From Cyanobacteriota bacterium (GTDB lineage: Bacteria; Cyanobacteriota; Cyanobacteriia; PCC-6307; Cyanobiaceae): a stretch of 64,000 nt of DNA. The notes under the pieces are model-generated. The model worked only from the letters and a program-made list of their open reading frames with translations, was not told the origin of the DNA and ran no database searches. Position 1 is the first letter of the stretch, and every line of letters starts with the position of its first letter. The translations under genes were made by a program, and so were the position numbers. Shown here piece by piece: positions 30,255-40,352 of the stretch. The stretch spans positions 2,310 through 66,309 of the forward strand of contig JAPLID010000065.1 of NCBI GenBank assembly GCA_026389285.1, given 5' to 3'.

Positions 30255-31167
30255 CCCCGATCCAGCCAGCCTGATCCCCCAGCTCAACGATCCCCGGCGA
30301 GATCAGGCGCCCACCGAAGGCCTCGACCCGGTCGGCGATGGACTGCAGATCCGCCACCCGCAGGCGCAGCTGCCAGTGGGCCAGATCCTGGATGCCCTGA
30401 TCGGCGGGCATCGGCCGGCCCCCGGTGGGTTCGCGGTAGTCGAGGCACTCCACACCGGCGCCGGTAGGGCAGCGATGGCCGGTGATGTGAACCCGCGTGC
30501 CCGCCAGTCCATCAAGCCCATCTTGTTCCGGCCCGCTGTTGACGCCATCGCCACCGGCGGCGAGGCCCAGGAGCTCGCGGTAGAAGCGGCAGCTTGCGGC
30601 GGTGTCGGCGATGCCGATGGCGCTGTGGTCGATGCCCAGCAAGGGCCCGGGCGCTTCGACGTGCCAGCGGGCCTCGCCCTTATCGGGCGGGAACTGCAGC
30701 AGCTCCAGCGGATGGCCTTCCGGATCGCGGAACTTGTAGGCGACGATGCCGGCGGCATCAGTGTTCCAATCCGGCAGCCGCTGGGGCGCCGAGGAAATCG
30801 ACTTGATCCGGCCGGCCGCAAACGCTGGCTGCAGAGCGGCCACGGCCGCCTCCATCGAGTTCACCACCAGGCAGCTGTGCTGAAACCAGCGGTCGTTGCT
30901 GCCGGAATCGGCCGGGATCGACCGGCCGGGCCGAGCGCCGGGACCGGGATCGAGCACCTCGGTGAGCTCCAGCACCTGGGCGCCGATTGTCAGCTGCACC
31001 AGCTTGAAGCGACCCCCCGGCAGGCCCACCAGGTCGGCGTAGGGATCACCTTCCACGAGCAGCGGCTCTCCAGAGCGCTGAAATCCCAGACACTCCGCAA
31101 AGAAGCCGGCGCTGGCTTCGGCGTCAGCGGTCGTGAAGCCGATGCTGTCGATGTGAGGTTGGGTCAT
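30193..31167 (-). CDS. VOC/glyoxalase family protein with two domains
   Basis: SNDRWFQH, FRDPEGHPLEL, GIDHSAI and DPDGH motifs; 3' end overlaps the glgX 3' end; start uncertain. Confidence 0.8.
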   Translation of the reverse strand: MTQPHIDSIGFTTADAEASAGFFAECLGFQRSGEPLLVEGDPYADLVGLPGGRFKLVQLTIGAQVLELTEVLDPGPGARPGRSIPADSGSNDRWFQHSCLVVNSMEAAVAALQPAFAAGRIKSISSAPQRLPDWNTDAAGIVAYKFRDPEGHPLELLQFPPDKGEARWHVEAPGPLLGIDHSAIGIADTAASCRFYRELLGLAAGGDGVNSGPEQDGLDGLAGTRVHITGHRCPTGAGVECLDYREPTGGRPMPADQGIQDLAHWQLRLRVADLQSIADRVEAFGGRLISPGIVELGDQAGWIGATRALQLADPDGHQLQLLQD

Positions 31168-31204
31168 GGCTGATCGCGACATCAGAGGTGGGGAAAGAAA
31201 AGGC

Positions 31205-31504
31205 TCACGGCAGGGCCGCGGCGCCAGCGGCGGCAATCGCACCGTCCAGATCGGGAGTCATGCCAGAAACACCGACAGCGCCGAGGCAGACGCCCAGAGC
31301 CAACAGGGGCAGGCCACCGGCCATGGCCAAGGAGGGCTCACCCATGGCTCCGGAGAGCTGCATCAGGGCAGGCCTCTCGCCATTGATCGCCGCCTCCATC
31401 GCCTCGGTGGGTTTGCCGTTGAAGGCGGCGAGGCGGGCCTTGGCCAGGGCCGCGATCACAATCGCCCGACAATCGGCGAGCTCCAGCTGGGGAATCTGGC
31501 GCAT
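31205..31504 (-). pseudogene. GlcG/HbpS-like heme-binding protein, apparently internally deleted
   Basis: ALAKARLAA...GGLPL...LGAVGVSG...D..IAAAG present, but the usual xAVVD...R.DGA segment is absent; only 99 aa. Confidence 0.6.
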
Positions 31505-31534
31505 AGGAGGTTCCGGGCTGACGACCAGCCTGGC

Positions 31535-31792
31535 TCAAGCCCAGACGATGTGGATCAACCAAAGATGTCCCTGGAGTTGGACATCGGCCGCAACAGCGGC
31601 CAGATCCTCTTCGCCCAGGCGCAGCGTGGCCTCCGCCTGATGGCGTACAAGATCGACGTTGCTGAAGCTGTAGCCGAGCCCAAGCCCTAGAGCAGCGACC
31701 GCATCAAGGTTGGGGCAGGCCTGCAAACTTTGCAGCAGGGCCGGGTCGGCTTTCGCTTTGACCAGGAAGGATTCGAGCTGGGGATTGCCCAT
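31535..31792 (-). CDS. Nif11-like leader-domain protein
   Basis: QLESFLVKAKADPALLQSL...ALGLGLGYSFSNVDL...LGEEDLAAVAA. Confidence 0.75.
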   Translation of the reverse strand: MGNPQLESFLVKAKADPALLQSLQACPNLDAVAALGLGLGYSFSNVDLVRHQAEATLRLGEEDLAAVAADVQLQGHLWLIHIVWA

Positions 31793-31912
31793 GGAGGGAG
31801 GGAGCGAAGCTGAGGGGCAGGTTAAGAGCAGAATCCTGAAGGCAGAGGAAGGCCAACGACGCCGTTGGAGCAGACCAGGGGCGGAAACAGTGACGCCATC
31901 GGAAACGAAGCC

Positions 31913-32830
31913 TCAGGGACGTTGAGCACCGCGGGTGTTGGTGAACAGGGAGTAGAGACAGGTCGAAGCGCAGATGAACAGGCGGCTGTTGAAGCGGTCG
32001 CCGAAACAGAGATTCGAAACCCGCCTCGGCACCAGCACCTTGCCCAGCAGGGTGCCATCGGGCCCCACACAATGCACACCATCGGTGGCACCACACCAGA
32101 GATTGCCGAACTCATCGACCGCGAACCCATCGGCCCAGCCGGAGTTGATCTTGTGGAACATCTCACCACCGGAGATGGAGAGGCCGTCCTCGCTGACATC
32201 GAAGGCACGGACGTACTGGCGGGGATCGGCTGCACCAGGGGCCCCGGATTCAGCCACATAGAGCTTGCGTTCATCCGGCGAAAAGGCCAGGCCGTTGGGA
32301 CCATCGAAATCCGAGGCCATGCGCCGCAGTTCCCTCGTGGTGGGATCCAAGCGGTAGAGAGCCGGCGGTTGCTCACCTTCCTGGCGGCCGCCCTCAAAAT
32401 CGTTCATCAGCCCATAGAGCGGGTCACTGAACCAGATCGAGCCGTCGCTCTTCACCACCACGTCATTAGGGGCATTGAGCCGTTTGCCATCGGCCGTGGT
32501 CACCAAGGTGGTGATGTCGCCGTTGTATTCCAGGCGCGTCAACGAGCGATGGCGGTGATGGCAGGTGATCAGGCGGCCCTGGAGATCACGGGTCTGGCCG
32601 TTGGCATAGTTTGCCGATTCCCGGAAGACACTGACCCCATGGCGCTCGCTCCAGCGCATGATGCGGTTGTTGGGAATGTCGGTGAACAACAGACACTCAT
32701 GATCGCCGAACCAGACCGGTCCTTCCAGCCAGCGGAAGCCCTCACCGAGCAATTCCAGCTCAGCGTTGAATAGGATCAGTCCATCAAAGCGTGGATCAAA
32801 GCTTTCAGAAACTACAGGGAATGAGGGCAT
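31913..32830 (-). CDS. SMP-30/gluconolactonase family protein, cytoplasmic
   Basis: WLEGPVW, NAPNDVVV, WFSDP, PNGLAFSPDE and ADG motifs. Confidence 0.9.
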   Translation of the reverse strand: MPSFPVVSESFDPRFDGLILFNAELELLGEGFRWLEGPVWFGDHECLLFTDIPNNRIMRWSERHGVSVFRESANYANGQTRDLQGRLITCHHRHRSLTRLEYNGDITTLVTTADGKRLNAPNDVVVKSDGSIWFSDPLYGLMNDFEGGRQEGEQPPALYRLDPTTRELRRMASDFDGPNGLAFSPDERKLYVAESGAPGAADPRQYVRAFDVSEDGLSISGGEMFHKINSGWADGFAVDEFGNLWCGATDGVHCVGPDGTLLGKVLVPRRVSNLCFGDRFNSRLFICASTCLYSLFTNTRGAQRP

Positions 32831-32849
32831 GAGAATAAAAAGAGATCGT

Positions 32850-33647
32850 TCAGAACTGCCTCGAAGCCTCGAAGAGCCTGGCTATGACTCCATTTTGCTT
32901 GAGTGTAGCGATAGCACGATTAAGCTTAGCCATAAAGATCGGATTACCCTTCTTGATGCAGACCCCAAAGGGCTTGGGATCAAAGGCTGAGGCCACATCA
33001 ATCTCCCGCATTCTCTGCGAATCGGATTTGGGCAATGAGGCCAGCAGGCCTTCCAGATTGACGTTGTCATTGGCCATGCCATCAACATCTCCCGCCAGAA
33101 GCAGATAGATCCCATCTGACTCCTTGGTCGTGATCACCAGGTTGATTTCCGGGTGCAGCTTGGAATAGCGGTGAAAGGAGGCCGTGTCCTCAGCAACCGC
33201 CACGGTTTTGCCGCGCAGATCATCCAGGCTTTGAGTGCTGCTGCTGGCCGGCACCAGCACGGCTTCGTAGGCCACAAGGTAGGGGTCGGAAAAATCAACA
33301 AGCTCGAGCCGTTCCGCGTTGATCGTCAGCTGAGAGAGCACCATATCCAATTCACCCTTGACGATTCGCGGCAGCCTTTCTCCTGGAGCGACGGCACTCC
33401 AGATGTGGCGAATCTGTTCCCCGGTGGGCACGGAGCTGTACTCCGCCATGTCCGGACTACCAAGCAGCTCCTCCGTCAGGCAGCGAGCCAGGTCAGCCTC
33501 AAAACCTTCAAAGCGATGCTTCTCACGATTCCAACATCCCATACCAGGGAGATCAGGGCAGAGTCCGATGATCAGATGTTGGCGACGTTCGATCTCAAAC
33601 CAACGGTCCTCCGACGAGGATGCCATTGTCTCATCTACAAGTGTCAT
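32850..33647 (-). CDS. Family-3 amino-acid-type substrate-binding protein, no signal peptide seen
   Basis: FEGFEADLA, TINAERLELVDFSDPY and DLRGKTVAV motifs. Confidence 0.8.
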   Translation of the reverse strand: MTLVDETMASSSEDRWFEIERRQHLIIGLCPDLPGMGCWNREKHRFEGFEADLARCLTEELLGSPDMAEYSSVPTGEQIRHIWSAVAPGERLPRIVKGELDMVLSQLTINAERLELVDFSDPYLVAYEAVLVPASSSTQSLDDLRGKTVAVAEDTASFHRYSKLHPEINLVITTKESDGIYLLLAGDVDGMANDNVNLEGLLASLPKSDSQRMREIDVASAFDPKPFGVCIKKGNPIFMAKLNRAIATLKQNGVIARLFEASRQF

Positions 33648-33796
33648 GGGATGGGATAAGAATTTGGGGATTCAGCTCAGCAAGGCATTGAGGCCGGGGT
33701 CGTCGCGACCGCAAGGCGTCGAGCAATCGCGGCGGCGTGCCTCCGAAGGGCGAACAGGCTGTTAAGAGCTTAAGAACGGACACTTGGGGCGAGCAC

Positions 33797-34789
33797 TCAA
33801 CATTTCAGATGCAGGATCCTCTCTGCATTCTGATGCGCTATTTTGGCCTTGTCAATTTCACTGATCGGCGCACCCCTCAAAAACTCCGTTGCCACACTGA
33901 TGCCTTCAAACGGGTAGTCAGTACCGATCAGAATGTGATCAGCGCCCATTGCTAGAAGGGCGCAGAGCAGAGGCTGGGCCGAAGCAACGCCACTGGTCGT
34001 GATATAGATATTACGACGCACATAGTCAGAAGGCCTGCCAAGGCCTAGCTCAATCCCGTGCCGATTATCTCGCTCCCATCGCGAGTCCATGCGCCACAAA
34101 GAATAGGGCAGCAGTTCTCCCATGTGACCAAGGATCAGTTTCGCCGTGGGATGCCTGTCGAAGACTTTGCCAAGGATGATGCGCATCGCCTGAGTTCCCG
34201 TATCAACTCCCCAGCTCCAGATTGGTCCGACCAGTTCTTCATGACCTTGATAGACATGTGCAACATCGACAGCCGGTGCTGGATGGAGATAGATCGGCAC
34301 ATCCAAAGCCGCAGCCCTCTCCCAGACCACGTCAAAATCAGGATGATCCAGATATTTCCCTTGACAATGCCCATTGATCAAGGCACCGCAAAAACCGAAT
34401 TGTGTCACCGTGCGCTCCAACTCGTCGGCTGCAGCCTTGGGATCCTGGAGAGGCAATGCTGCCCACCCGGCAAATCGACCCGGATGCTGCGCAATCAGCG
34501 ACATCAGAAAATCGTTGACCAACATTGAGTTGCTGATGGCAACCTGGCGATCGCTCTCGGCCTGAATGCCCGGCGAATTCAGTGAAAGGACCTGCATATC
34601 GAGCCCTCCCTTATCCATCTCAGGAATCCTTTTTTCAAGGAAGTCGCTGAGCAGCCCGACCATCTTCTGCCATGCGGCGGGAGTCTGGGTGGCCGCCGTG
34701 CTTGCGCCGTAGCCCACCAGTTCCGGAATGACGAAATGCTCTTCTAGGGCAACAATTTTCATATTAAGTGGGTGAGTAAGCGTGCTCAT
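33797..34789 (-). CDS. Amidohydrolase_2 family protein, hydroxybenzoate-decarboxylase-like
   Basis: IVALEEH, PIYLHP, GHMGELLP and GTDYPF motifs. Confidence 0.85.
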   Translation of the reverse strand: MSTLTHPLNMKIVALEEHFVIPELVGYGASTAATQTPAAWQKMVGLLSDFLEKRIPEMDKGGLDMQVLSLNSPGIQAESDRQVAISNSMLVNDFLMSLIAQHPGRFAGWAALPLQDPKAAADELERTVTQFGFCGALINGHCQGKYLDHPDFDVVWERAAALDVPIYLHPAPAVDVAHVYQGHEELVGPIWSWGVDTGTQAMRIILGKVFDRHPTAKLILGHMGELLPYSLWRMDSRWERDNRHGIELGLGRPSDYVRRNIYITTSGVASAQPLLCALLAMGADHILIGTDYPFEGISVATEFLRGAPISEIDKAKIAHQNAERILHLKC

Positions 34790-35003
34790 GGCTTGAAATC
34801 TTGAAAGCCGGCAATACCGGAGCGAATAAAAGGCTCAATCCAACGGCTCAGCGCCGCCGGCATGCCAAATGCCACCCTGGCCTCTGCTGACCCAGCCTAG
34901 TCAGGGAAATGGATGTTGGCCACAAGGCAAAACCTGGTCGCCGAATCAAAGCGCGTAGAACCAAGACGACAGGTTCCTGGCTTAGATCGGCGCGCCGAGC
35001 CTG

Positions 35004-36233
35004 TTAAAGCGTTGCACCAAGCCGCACCGGCACCAACCCCCGCGTGTTGAGCTTGATCGCCCAGAGCGTATCAGTGGATCCAATGAACAGAATATTGTTA
35101 TCGCGGCCACCGAAGCTGAGATTAGCCGTCTGCTTAGCCATCAGAAACTTGCCAATTAGTTTGCCTTGGGGATTGAACACCTGAATCCCATCAAGGGCAC
35201 CCACATACACATTGCCTTTCTCGTCGAGGCGCATGCCATCGGGGAAGCCGGGGCTCACATCAGCAAACAGCCGTTTGTTGCCGATCTGGTGACCATCTGC
35301 GGAGACGTCATAAACGTAGATCCGATGGGGCAGATAGGCGAAATCGGTGTGCGGTCCCTGGATCGCGGCACTGTCGATGAGGTAGAGCTGTTTCTCCCCC
35401 GGACCAAAGGCAATGCCATTCGGCATCATCAGCGACGACTCCACCACGGAGAGCTTTGCCGTGGCGGGCTCATAGCGATAGACGTTATTGGGCAATTCTG
35501 CCGTTTGCGGGAACTGAAGTGAGCCATAGCTGGGATCGGTGAACCAGACGCTGCCATCGCTTTTCACCACCAGATCGTTGGGCGAGTTGAGGCGCTTGCC
35601 CTGGTAGCGATCCACCAGGGATGGTGCCTGGGGTTCGGGGCTGCGCAGATTCGCCTGCAGATCCTGGGTGATCGAGACGCGGCGTCCGGTGGTTTCCGTA
35701 ATCAGCAGATGGCCCTGCGGATCCAGGGTCTGTCCATCAGCCACCCCGGAGGGATTGCGGAAGAGCCGGGGCTTCTCCCAGGAGGCCGGGGTGATGGCGC
35801 CACGGGCATCGAGGCCATTCCAGCGCATCACAAAGACGCTGTTGTGAATCTGATCGGTGATGAACAACAAGCCACCAGCCCCCTGCCGGTCCTGGAGATA
35901 GGCCGGCCCTTCGAGGAAACCGAAACCTGTGGCCAGGGGAACCAGATTCGGAATCCGCCCGACGATCTCGGTGAAGGCCGGATCAAACGATTGAACCGGC
36001 AGCTGGGGCGATTGGGATCCGGGATAGGGCGGGTTGTTGGTGATCACCAACTCGCGGCACAGCGGCGCCACAGCACTGGTGGGCAGGCAGGCAACACCGG
36101 TCGGCACCTCCAGAGCCAGGGCTGATGTGGTCAGAGCCAGGCTCGCCGTCGCCAGGCCCCAGACCAGTCCGCCCCGGCCGAGTCCCACTGCACGGGCCCG
36201 TTGGGCGCTTCCAGCCTGGCTTTCAGATCGCAT
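35004..36233 (-). CDS. Secreted SMP-30/gluconolactonase family protein
   Basis: Signal peptide ending ALA-LE; FLEGP, NSPNDLVV, PNGIAF and PDGM motifs; start uncertain. Confidence 0.85.
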   Translation of the reverse strand: MRSESQAGSAQRARAVGLGRGGLVWGLATASLALTTSALALEVPTGVACLPTSAVAPLCRELVITNNPPYPGSQSPQLPVQSFDPAFTEIVGRIPNLVPLATGFGFLEGPAYLQDRQGAGGLLFITDQIHNSVFVMRWNGLDARGAITPASWEKPRLFRNPSGVADGQTLDPQGHLLITETTGRRVSITQDLQANLRSPEPQAPSLVDRYQGKRLNSPNDLVVKSDGSVWFTDPSYGSLQFPQTAELPNNVYRYEPATAKLSVVESSLMMPNGIAFGPGEKQLYLIDSAAIQGPHTDFAYLPHRIYVYDVSADGHQIGNKRLFADVSPGFPDGMRLDEKGNVYVGALDGIQVFNPQGKLIGKFLMAKQTANLSFGGRDNNILFIGSTDTLWAIKLNTRGLVPVRLGATL

Positions 36234-36567
36234 GATCGTCCGCGATTGCGTGTGCATCAGTGTGCCAAGCAGCAGCCGAAGGCTCCCGGACCGCCGGACG
36301 TTCCCTGCGGGGGAACACCCTGTTCGCTGGGAGATGACCAAGGCGCGATCGAACGGCTTCTACAAAGCTCACCGTAGGCACGATCCAATCGATCGGCACA
36401 TCACCATGCGACGACCCGTCGCCAATCAGCGGGGGCATGCTGACAGCGCAGGGCCGCATCAACCTCCCTGCCCCCTGTCACTAGGGTGCAGCGGTTTGCA
36501 TTCCATCGTCACACCCCCGCTACCCACCAACCCCATGACCAGCTCCAACCCCCTGGCCGGCAAGGCC

Positions 36568-37341
36568 ATGTCCACCCTGCTGCAAGGCAAGGTCGCCATC
36601 GTCACCGGTGGCAACAGCGGTATCGGCAAATCGATCGTCGAGTATCTGGCCGAACTCGGCGCCAAGGTGGTGATCGACTACCGCTCCCACCCCGAGGCCA
36701 CCGAAGAGCTGGAGCGGGAGATCGGCGCCTATGGCGGCAGTAGCTACGGCGTGCAGGCCGATGTCGCCAAGCTCGACGACCTGCAGCGCCTGGTGGACGC
36801 CGCCGTGGCCAAATACGGCCGCCTCGATGTGATGGTCAACAACGCCGGCATCGAAACGCGCACCTCAATCCTCACCACCACCCCGGACAACTTCGACAAG
36901 GTGCTCGACGTCAATCTGCGCGGCGTCTTCTTCGCCACTCAGTTCGCAGCCAAGCAGATGATCGCCCAGGGCGGTGGCGGCCGCGTCATCAACATCTCGT
37001 CGGTGCACGAGGACTGGCCCATGCCCGACAACACCCCCTACTGCTGCGCCAAGGGAGGCGTGCGCATGCTCACCCGCACCGCCGCCCTGGAGCTTGCCCC
37101 CCATGGCATCACGATCGTCAATGTCGGCCCGGGCGCCGTGGCCACGCCGATCAACGACTCCACCATGAACAACCCCGAGCTGCTGGCCAAGCTCAACGCC
37201 GCCATTCCCATGGGCCGCATGGCCCAACCCGAGGAGATCGCCAAGGTGGTGGGCTTCCTGGCCAGCGATGCCGCCAGCTACATCACCGCCACCACGATCT
37301 TTGTCGACGGGGGCCTGATGCACAGCAGCCCCGGCCTCTGA
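36568..37341 (+). CDS. SDR oxidoreductase, glucose 1-dehydrogenase-like
   Basis: TGGNSGIG, NNAG, SSVHE, YCCAKGG and PGAVATPIN motifs; alternative start at 36535. Confidence 0.85.
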   Translation: MSTLLQGKVAIVTGGNSGIGKSIVEYLAELGAKVVIDYRSHPEATEELEREIGAYGGSSYGVQADVAKLDDLQRLVDAAVAKYGRLDVMVNNAGIETRTSILTTTPDNFDKVLDVNLRGVFFATQFAAKQMIAQGGGGRVINISSVHEDWPMPDNTPYCCAKGGVRMLTRTAALELAPHGITIVNVGPGAVATPINDSTMNNPELLAKLNAAIPMGRMAQPEEIAKVVGFLASDAASYITATTIFVDGGLMHSSPGL

Positions 37342-37368
37342 AGCCAGGAGGAGCGGCGGCCCTGAAAC

Positions 37369-38710
37369 TCAGGCCGCCGCCTGCTCCTTCTGCGGCTCGG
37401 GCTGCGGCTCCGGCTCCGGGGCTGCAGCCCGTTCAGCAATCTCCAGGCCCACTTCCACACCGATGTGCTGATCGGGCCGGCCGGTGATTAACAGGTTGGC
37501 CCGCTGACCGGTGGCGATCACCCACAGCCACTTGGTCAGCAGGGTGAGGCGGTTCTCGTTGGCCGGCATGAAGGCCAGGTGGGCCAGCGCCCAGAGCAGC
37601 CAGCCCAGGGCACCGCTCACCTTCACCCCGCGCAGATCGGCCACGGCGCAGAGGGGACCGATCACGGCCATGCTGCCGAAATCGAACCAGCGGAACGGGT
37701 TCTGCCGTTCACCCGTCAACTGGGCCAGCAGATCGAGAGCCACCCAGCCACCCATCTGCACCGCCGGGCCGGCCATGCCAGGCAGGGGCTTGCCATTGTC
37801 GGTGTGGGCATAGGAGCAGAGATCCCCCACAACCCGGATTTCTGGATGGCCGGCGATCGAGAAGTCCGCTTCGACCACCACCCGTCCGCCGCGATCGACC
37901 GTGCAACCGGTGCGATCCGCCAGCAGCTTGCCGAGGTGGGACGGGCGCACCCCCGCACTCCAACAGATGGTGGCGGCCTCCAGCACCCGCTGTTCTGGCG
38001 TGCCTGGCGCCGGGTTCTTGAAGGCCACGGTGAGGCTGCCCGCCTCAATGCTCTGCACGCGACCGCCGAGCACCAGTTCGACGCCTCGGGAGGTCAGATA
38101 ATCAGACGCCGCCGCCGACAGTTCGGGAGCCATCGCCCGCAGCACCCGATCACCGGGATCGACGAGAATCACCTGGGCATGCGAAGGATCCAGCTGGCGG
38201 AAGTCACGCTCCAGCGAATGGCGCATCAGCCCATTGATCGATCCGGCCAGTTCACAACCGGAGGGGCCGCCGCCCACCACCACCACGGACTGAAGGAAGC
38301 GGCGACGATCGGGATCAGGGGTCTGCTCGGCCTCCTCCAGGGCTGAAAGCAAGCGCCGCCGGATCTCATCGGCGTGCTCGACGATCGTTGAAGACCACCT
38401 CGCGGGCATCGGTGTCGAGATCGAGCACCTCCCCGAGCAGCACCTGCACATTGGCCGCCTTGGCCAGCAGCAGCCGCAGCGGCGTGGCCACATCGGCCTC
38501 GGACACCAGGCCGGAGGCCACCTGATACAGCAGAGGCTGGAAGAGGTTGAAGTTGCGCTTGTCCACCAAAGTCACCCGTACCGGCTTGCCGGCAAGCCGG
38601 TGGGCCGCTTTGAGCCCGGCAAAGCCCCCGCCCACGATCACCACATGGGGCCAGCTCTTCATCACGGCTTCGCTGGGCTCCAGCTCCAAGAAGAAGCGTT
38701 CCTTCGCCAT
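37369..38710 (-). pseudogene. ndb: Type II NADH dehydrogenase, split by deletion/frameshift near 38385
   Basis: First frame has VVIVGGGFAG and FQPLLYQVA; second frame has EHADEIRRRLL, VVVGGGPSGCELAG and GSMAVIG; the YDxLxLAxG segment is missing. Confidence 0.8.
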
Positions 38711-38807
38711 CGATGCGCTTAGCGGGATACCTGCAAGGTAATGGCAATCTGACGCCGGCCGAACCCTCTCCTGTAAGGATGCAGAGTCCCTCACATGTAC
38801 TCTGCCC

Positions 38808-39062
38808 GTGTCGCTCTCCGCCCTGCAGGACTTCGTCAGCAGCGCCGCCGCCGATGAGCAGCTGCGCCAGAAACTCCATGCTGCCTCCGGTCCCGACGAT
38901 GTCGTCGACCTGGCCAGCAACCATGGTCACGACTTCAGCAAGGCCACCCTGCTCAAAGCCCACGCGGTAGCGATCAGCAAGGCCCCCGACCACGCCCTGG
39001 AGGCGATCAATAGCTGGGGCGACGCCCTTATGCACGCCTTCGGCGCCAGTGACAAAGACTGA
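38808..39062 (+). CDS. Nif11-like leader-domain protein
   Basis: MSLSALQDFV...DEQLRQKLHAA...DDVVDLASNHGHDFS. Confidence 0.75.
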   Translation: MSLSALQDFVSSAAADEQLRQKLHAASGPDDVVDLASNHGHDFSKATLLKAHAVAISKAPDHALEAINSWGDALMHAFGASDKD

Positions 39063-39174
39063 AGCGGACTCCCGCCAGGTCATGGTATCACCACAGCCTG
39101 TAGCAAAAGATCACAGATCCTGGGCTTAGGCCCGCGGCTGGCCAGGCTGAAGGCGCACACCGTGACCAGGCCCG

Positions 39175-39672
39175 ATGCAGCAACTGCTGCCACGCCTCAA
39201 CGATCACAACCTGCCCTGGATGGACACGCTTCATCCAATCGTGGTCCACTTCGTCATCGCCATGGCGGTGATCAGCGTGATCTTCGATCTGATCGGCGTT
39301 GTGATGCGGCGACCCAATCTGTTTGAGGTCAGCTTCTGGAATCTGCTGTTCGCTACGGCGGCGATCTTTGTGGCGATCATCTTCGGCCAGGTGGAGGCGG
39401 GCCTGGCGGACCCCTACGGGGCCTCCCGCTCAATCCTCAATCTGCACAGCACCCTGGGCTGGTCCTTGTCTGGGGTGCTTTCGTTGCTGACGGGCTGGCG
39501 CTATGTGCTGCGCAACCGGGATCCAGAGAGCCTGCCGCTGCCGTACCTGGCTGCCGATGGGGTTCTGGCTCTGCTGGTGGTAGTCCAGGTCACCCTGGGT
39601 AATCAGCTGATCTGGGTCTACGGCCTGCACACCGTGCCAGTCGTCGCCGCCGGTCGCGCCGGATTGATCTGA
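39175..39672 (+). CDS. DUF2231 membrane protein
   Basis: LHPIVVHFVIA, NLHSTLG and LIWVYGLH motifs; four TM segments; upstream of the oxidase genes. Confidence 0.85.
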   Translation: MQQLLPRLNDHNLPWMDTLHPIVVHFVIAMAVISVIFDLIGVVMRRPNLFEVSFWNLLFATAAIFVAIIFGQVEAGLADPYGASRSILNLHSTLGWSLSGVLSLLTGWRYVLRNRDPESLPLPYLAADGVLALLVVVQVTLGNQLIWVYGLHTVPVVAAGRAGLI

Positions 39673-40340
39673 TGACTGACCTGCTGCTCGCCGCTCCGGC
39701 GTTGACCTCGCTGCGGCTCGGGACCACCAGCCCCGCCGACGTTTCGCCGATCAGCCAGCTATCCGGCATGCTCGGCCCCAACGGCCTGCCGTACAGCCTG
39801 CCGATCCATCCGACCCTGGTCCATTTCACGATCGGCCTGTTCGTGATCGCCATCGCCTTCGACATCGCTGGCGCCCTCTATCCGATCGAGAAGCGGGTGT
39901 TCCGTTTTCTGGCCCTGCCGATCACCCGGGCCGGCTTTCACGACGTGGGCTGGTACAACCTGCTGGCCTGCGCCGTCATCAGCTTCTTCACCGTGGCAGC
40001 CGGCTTCTACGAGATGCTGCTAGCGGTGCCGATCCCCGGAGTCACCAGCACCATCGGCCTACAGAGCATGACGACCATGCTCTGGCACGGCGTCGGTGGC
40101 GTTGCCATTCTCTTGTCGATCATCGCCATGACCGTCTGGCGCGGCTTTCAGCGCTTTGTCTGGCGGCGTGATATGGGCCGTCAGGTGCAGTGGCTCTACC
40201 TGCTGGTGGGGCTGGGACTGTTCTTGGTGATCGGACTGCACGGCACCCTGGGCGCTGAACTGGCCGGGGAGTTCGGTGTCCATGTCACCGCCGACCAACT
40301 TCTGGCCTCCGGGGCCGATCTCCGCGTCGCCCTCCGCTAG
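39672..40340 (+). CDS. DUF2231 membrane protein, paralogue
   Basis: IHPTLVHFTIG, LWHGVGG and EFGVH motifs. Confidence 0.85.
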   Translation: MTDLLLAAPALTSLRLGTTSPADVSPISQLSGMLGPNGLPYSLPIHPTLVHFTIGLFVIAIAFDIAGALYPIEKRVFRFLALPITRAGFHDVGWYNLLACAVISFFTVAAGFYEMLLAVPIPGVTSTIGLQSMTTMLWHGVGGVAILLSIIAMTVWRGFQRFVWRRDMGRQVQWLYLLVGLGLFLVIGLHGTLGAELAGEFGVHVTADQLLASGADLRVALR

Positions 40341-40352
40341 GGATTTTCCCCC

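Noticed and set aside
39099-39115. TGTAGCAAAAGATCACA upstream of the DUF2231-oxidase genes, resembling an NtcA/CRP site
   Set aside because: Spacing is one base too long for TGTA-N8-TACA or TGTGA-N6-TCACA; unsupported without a motif scan.
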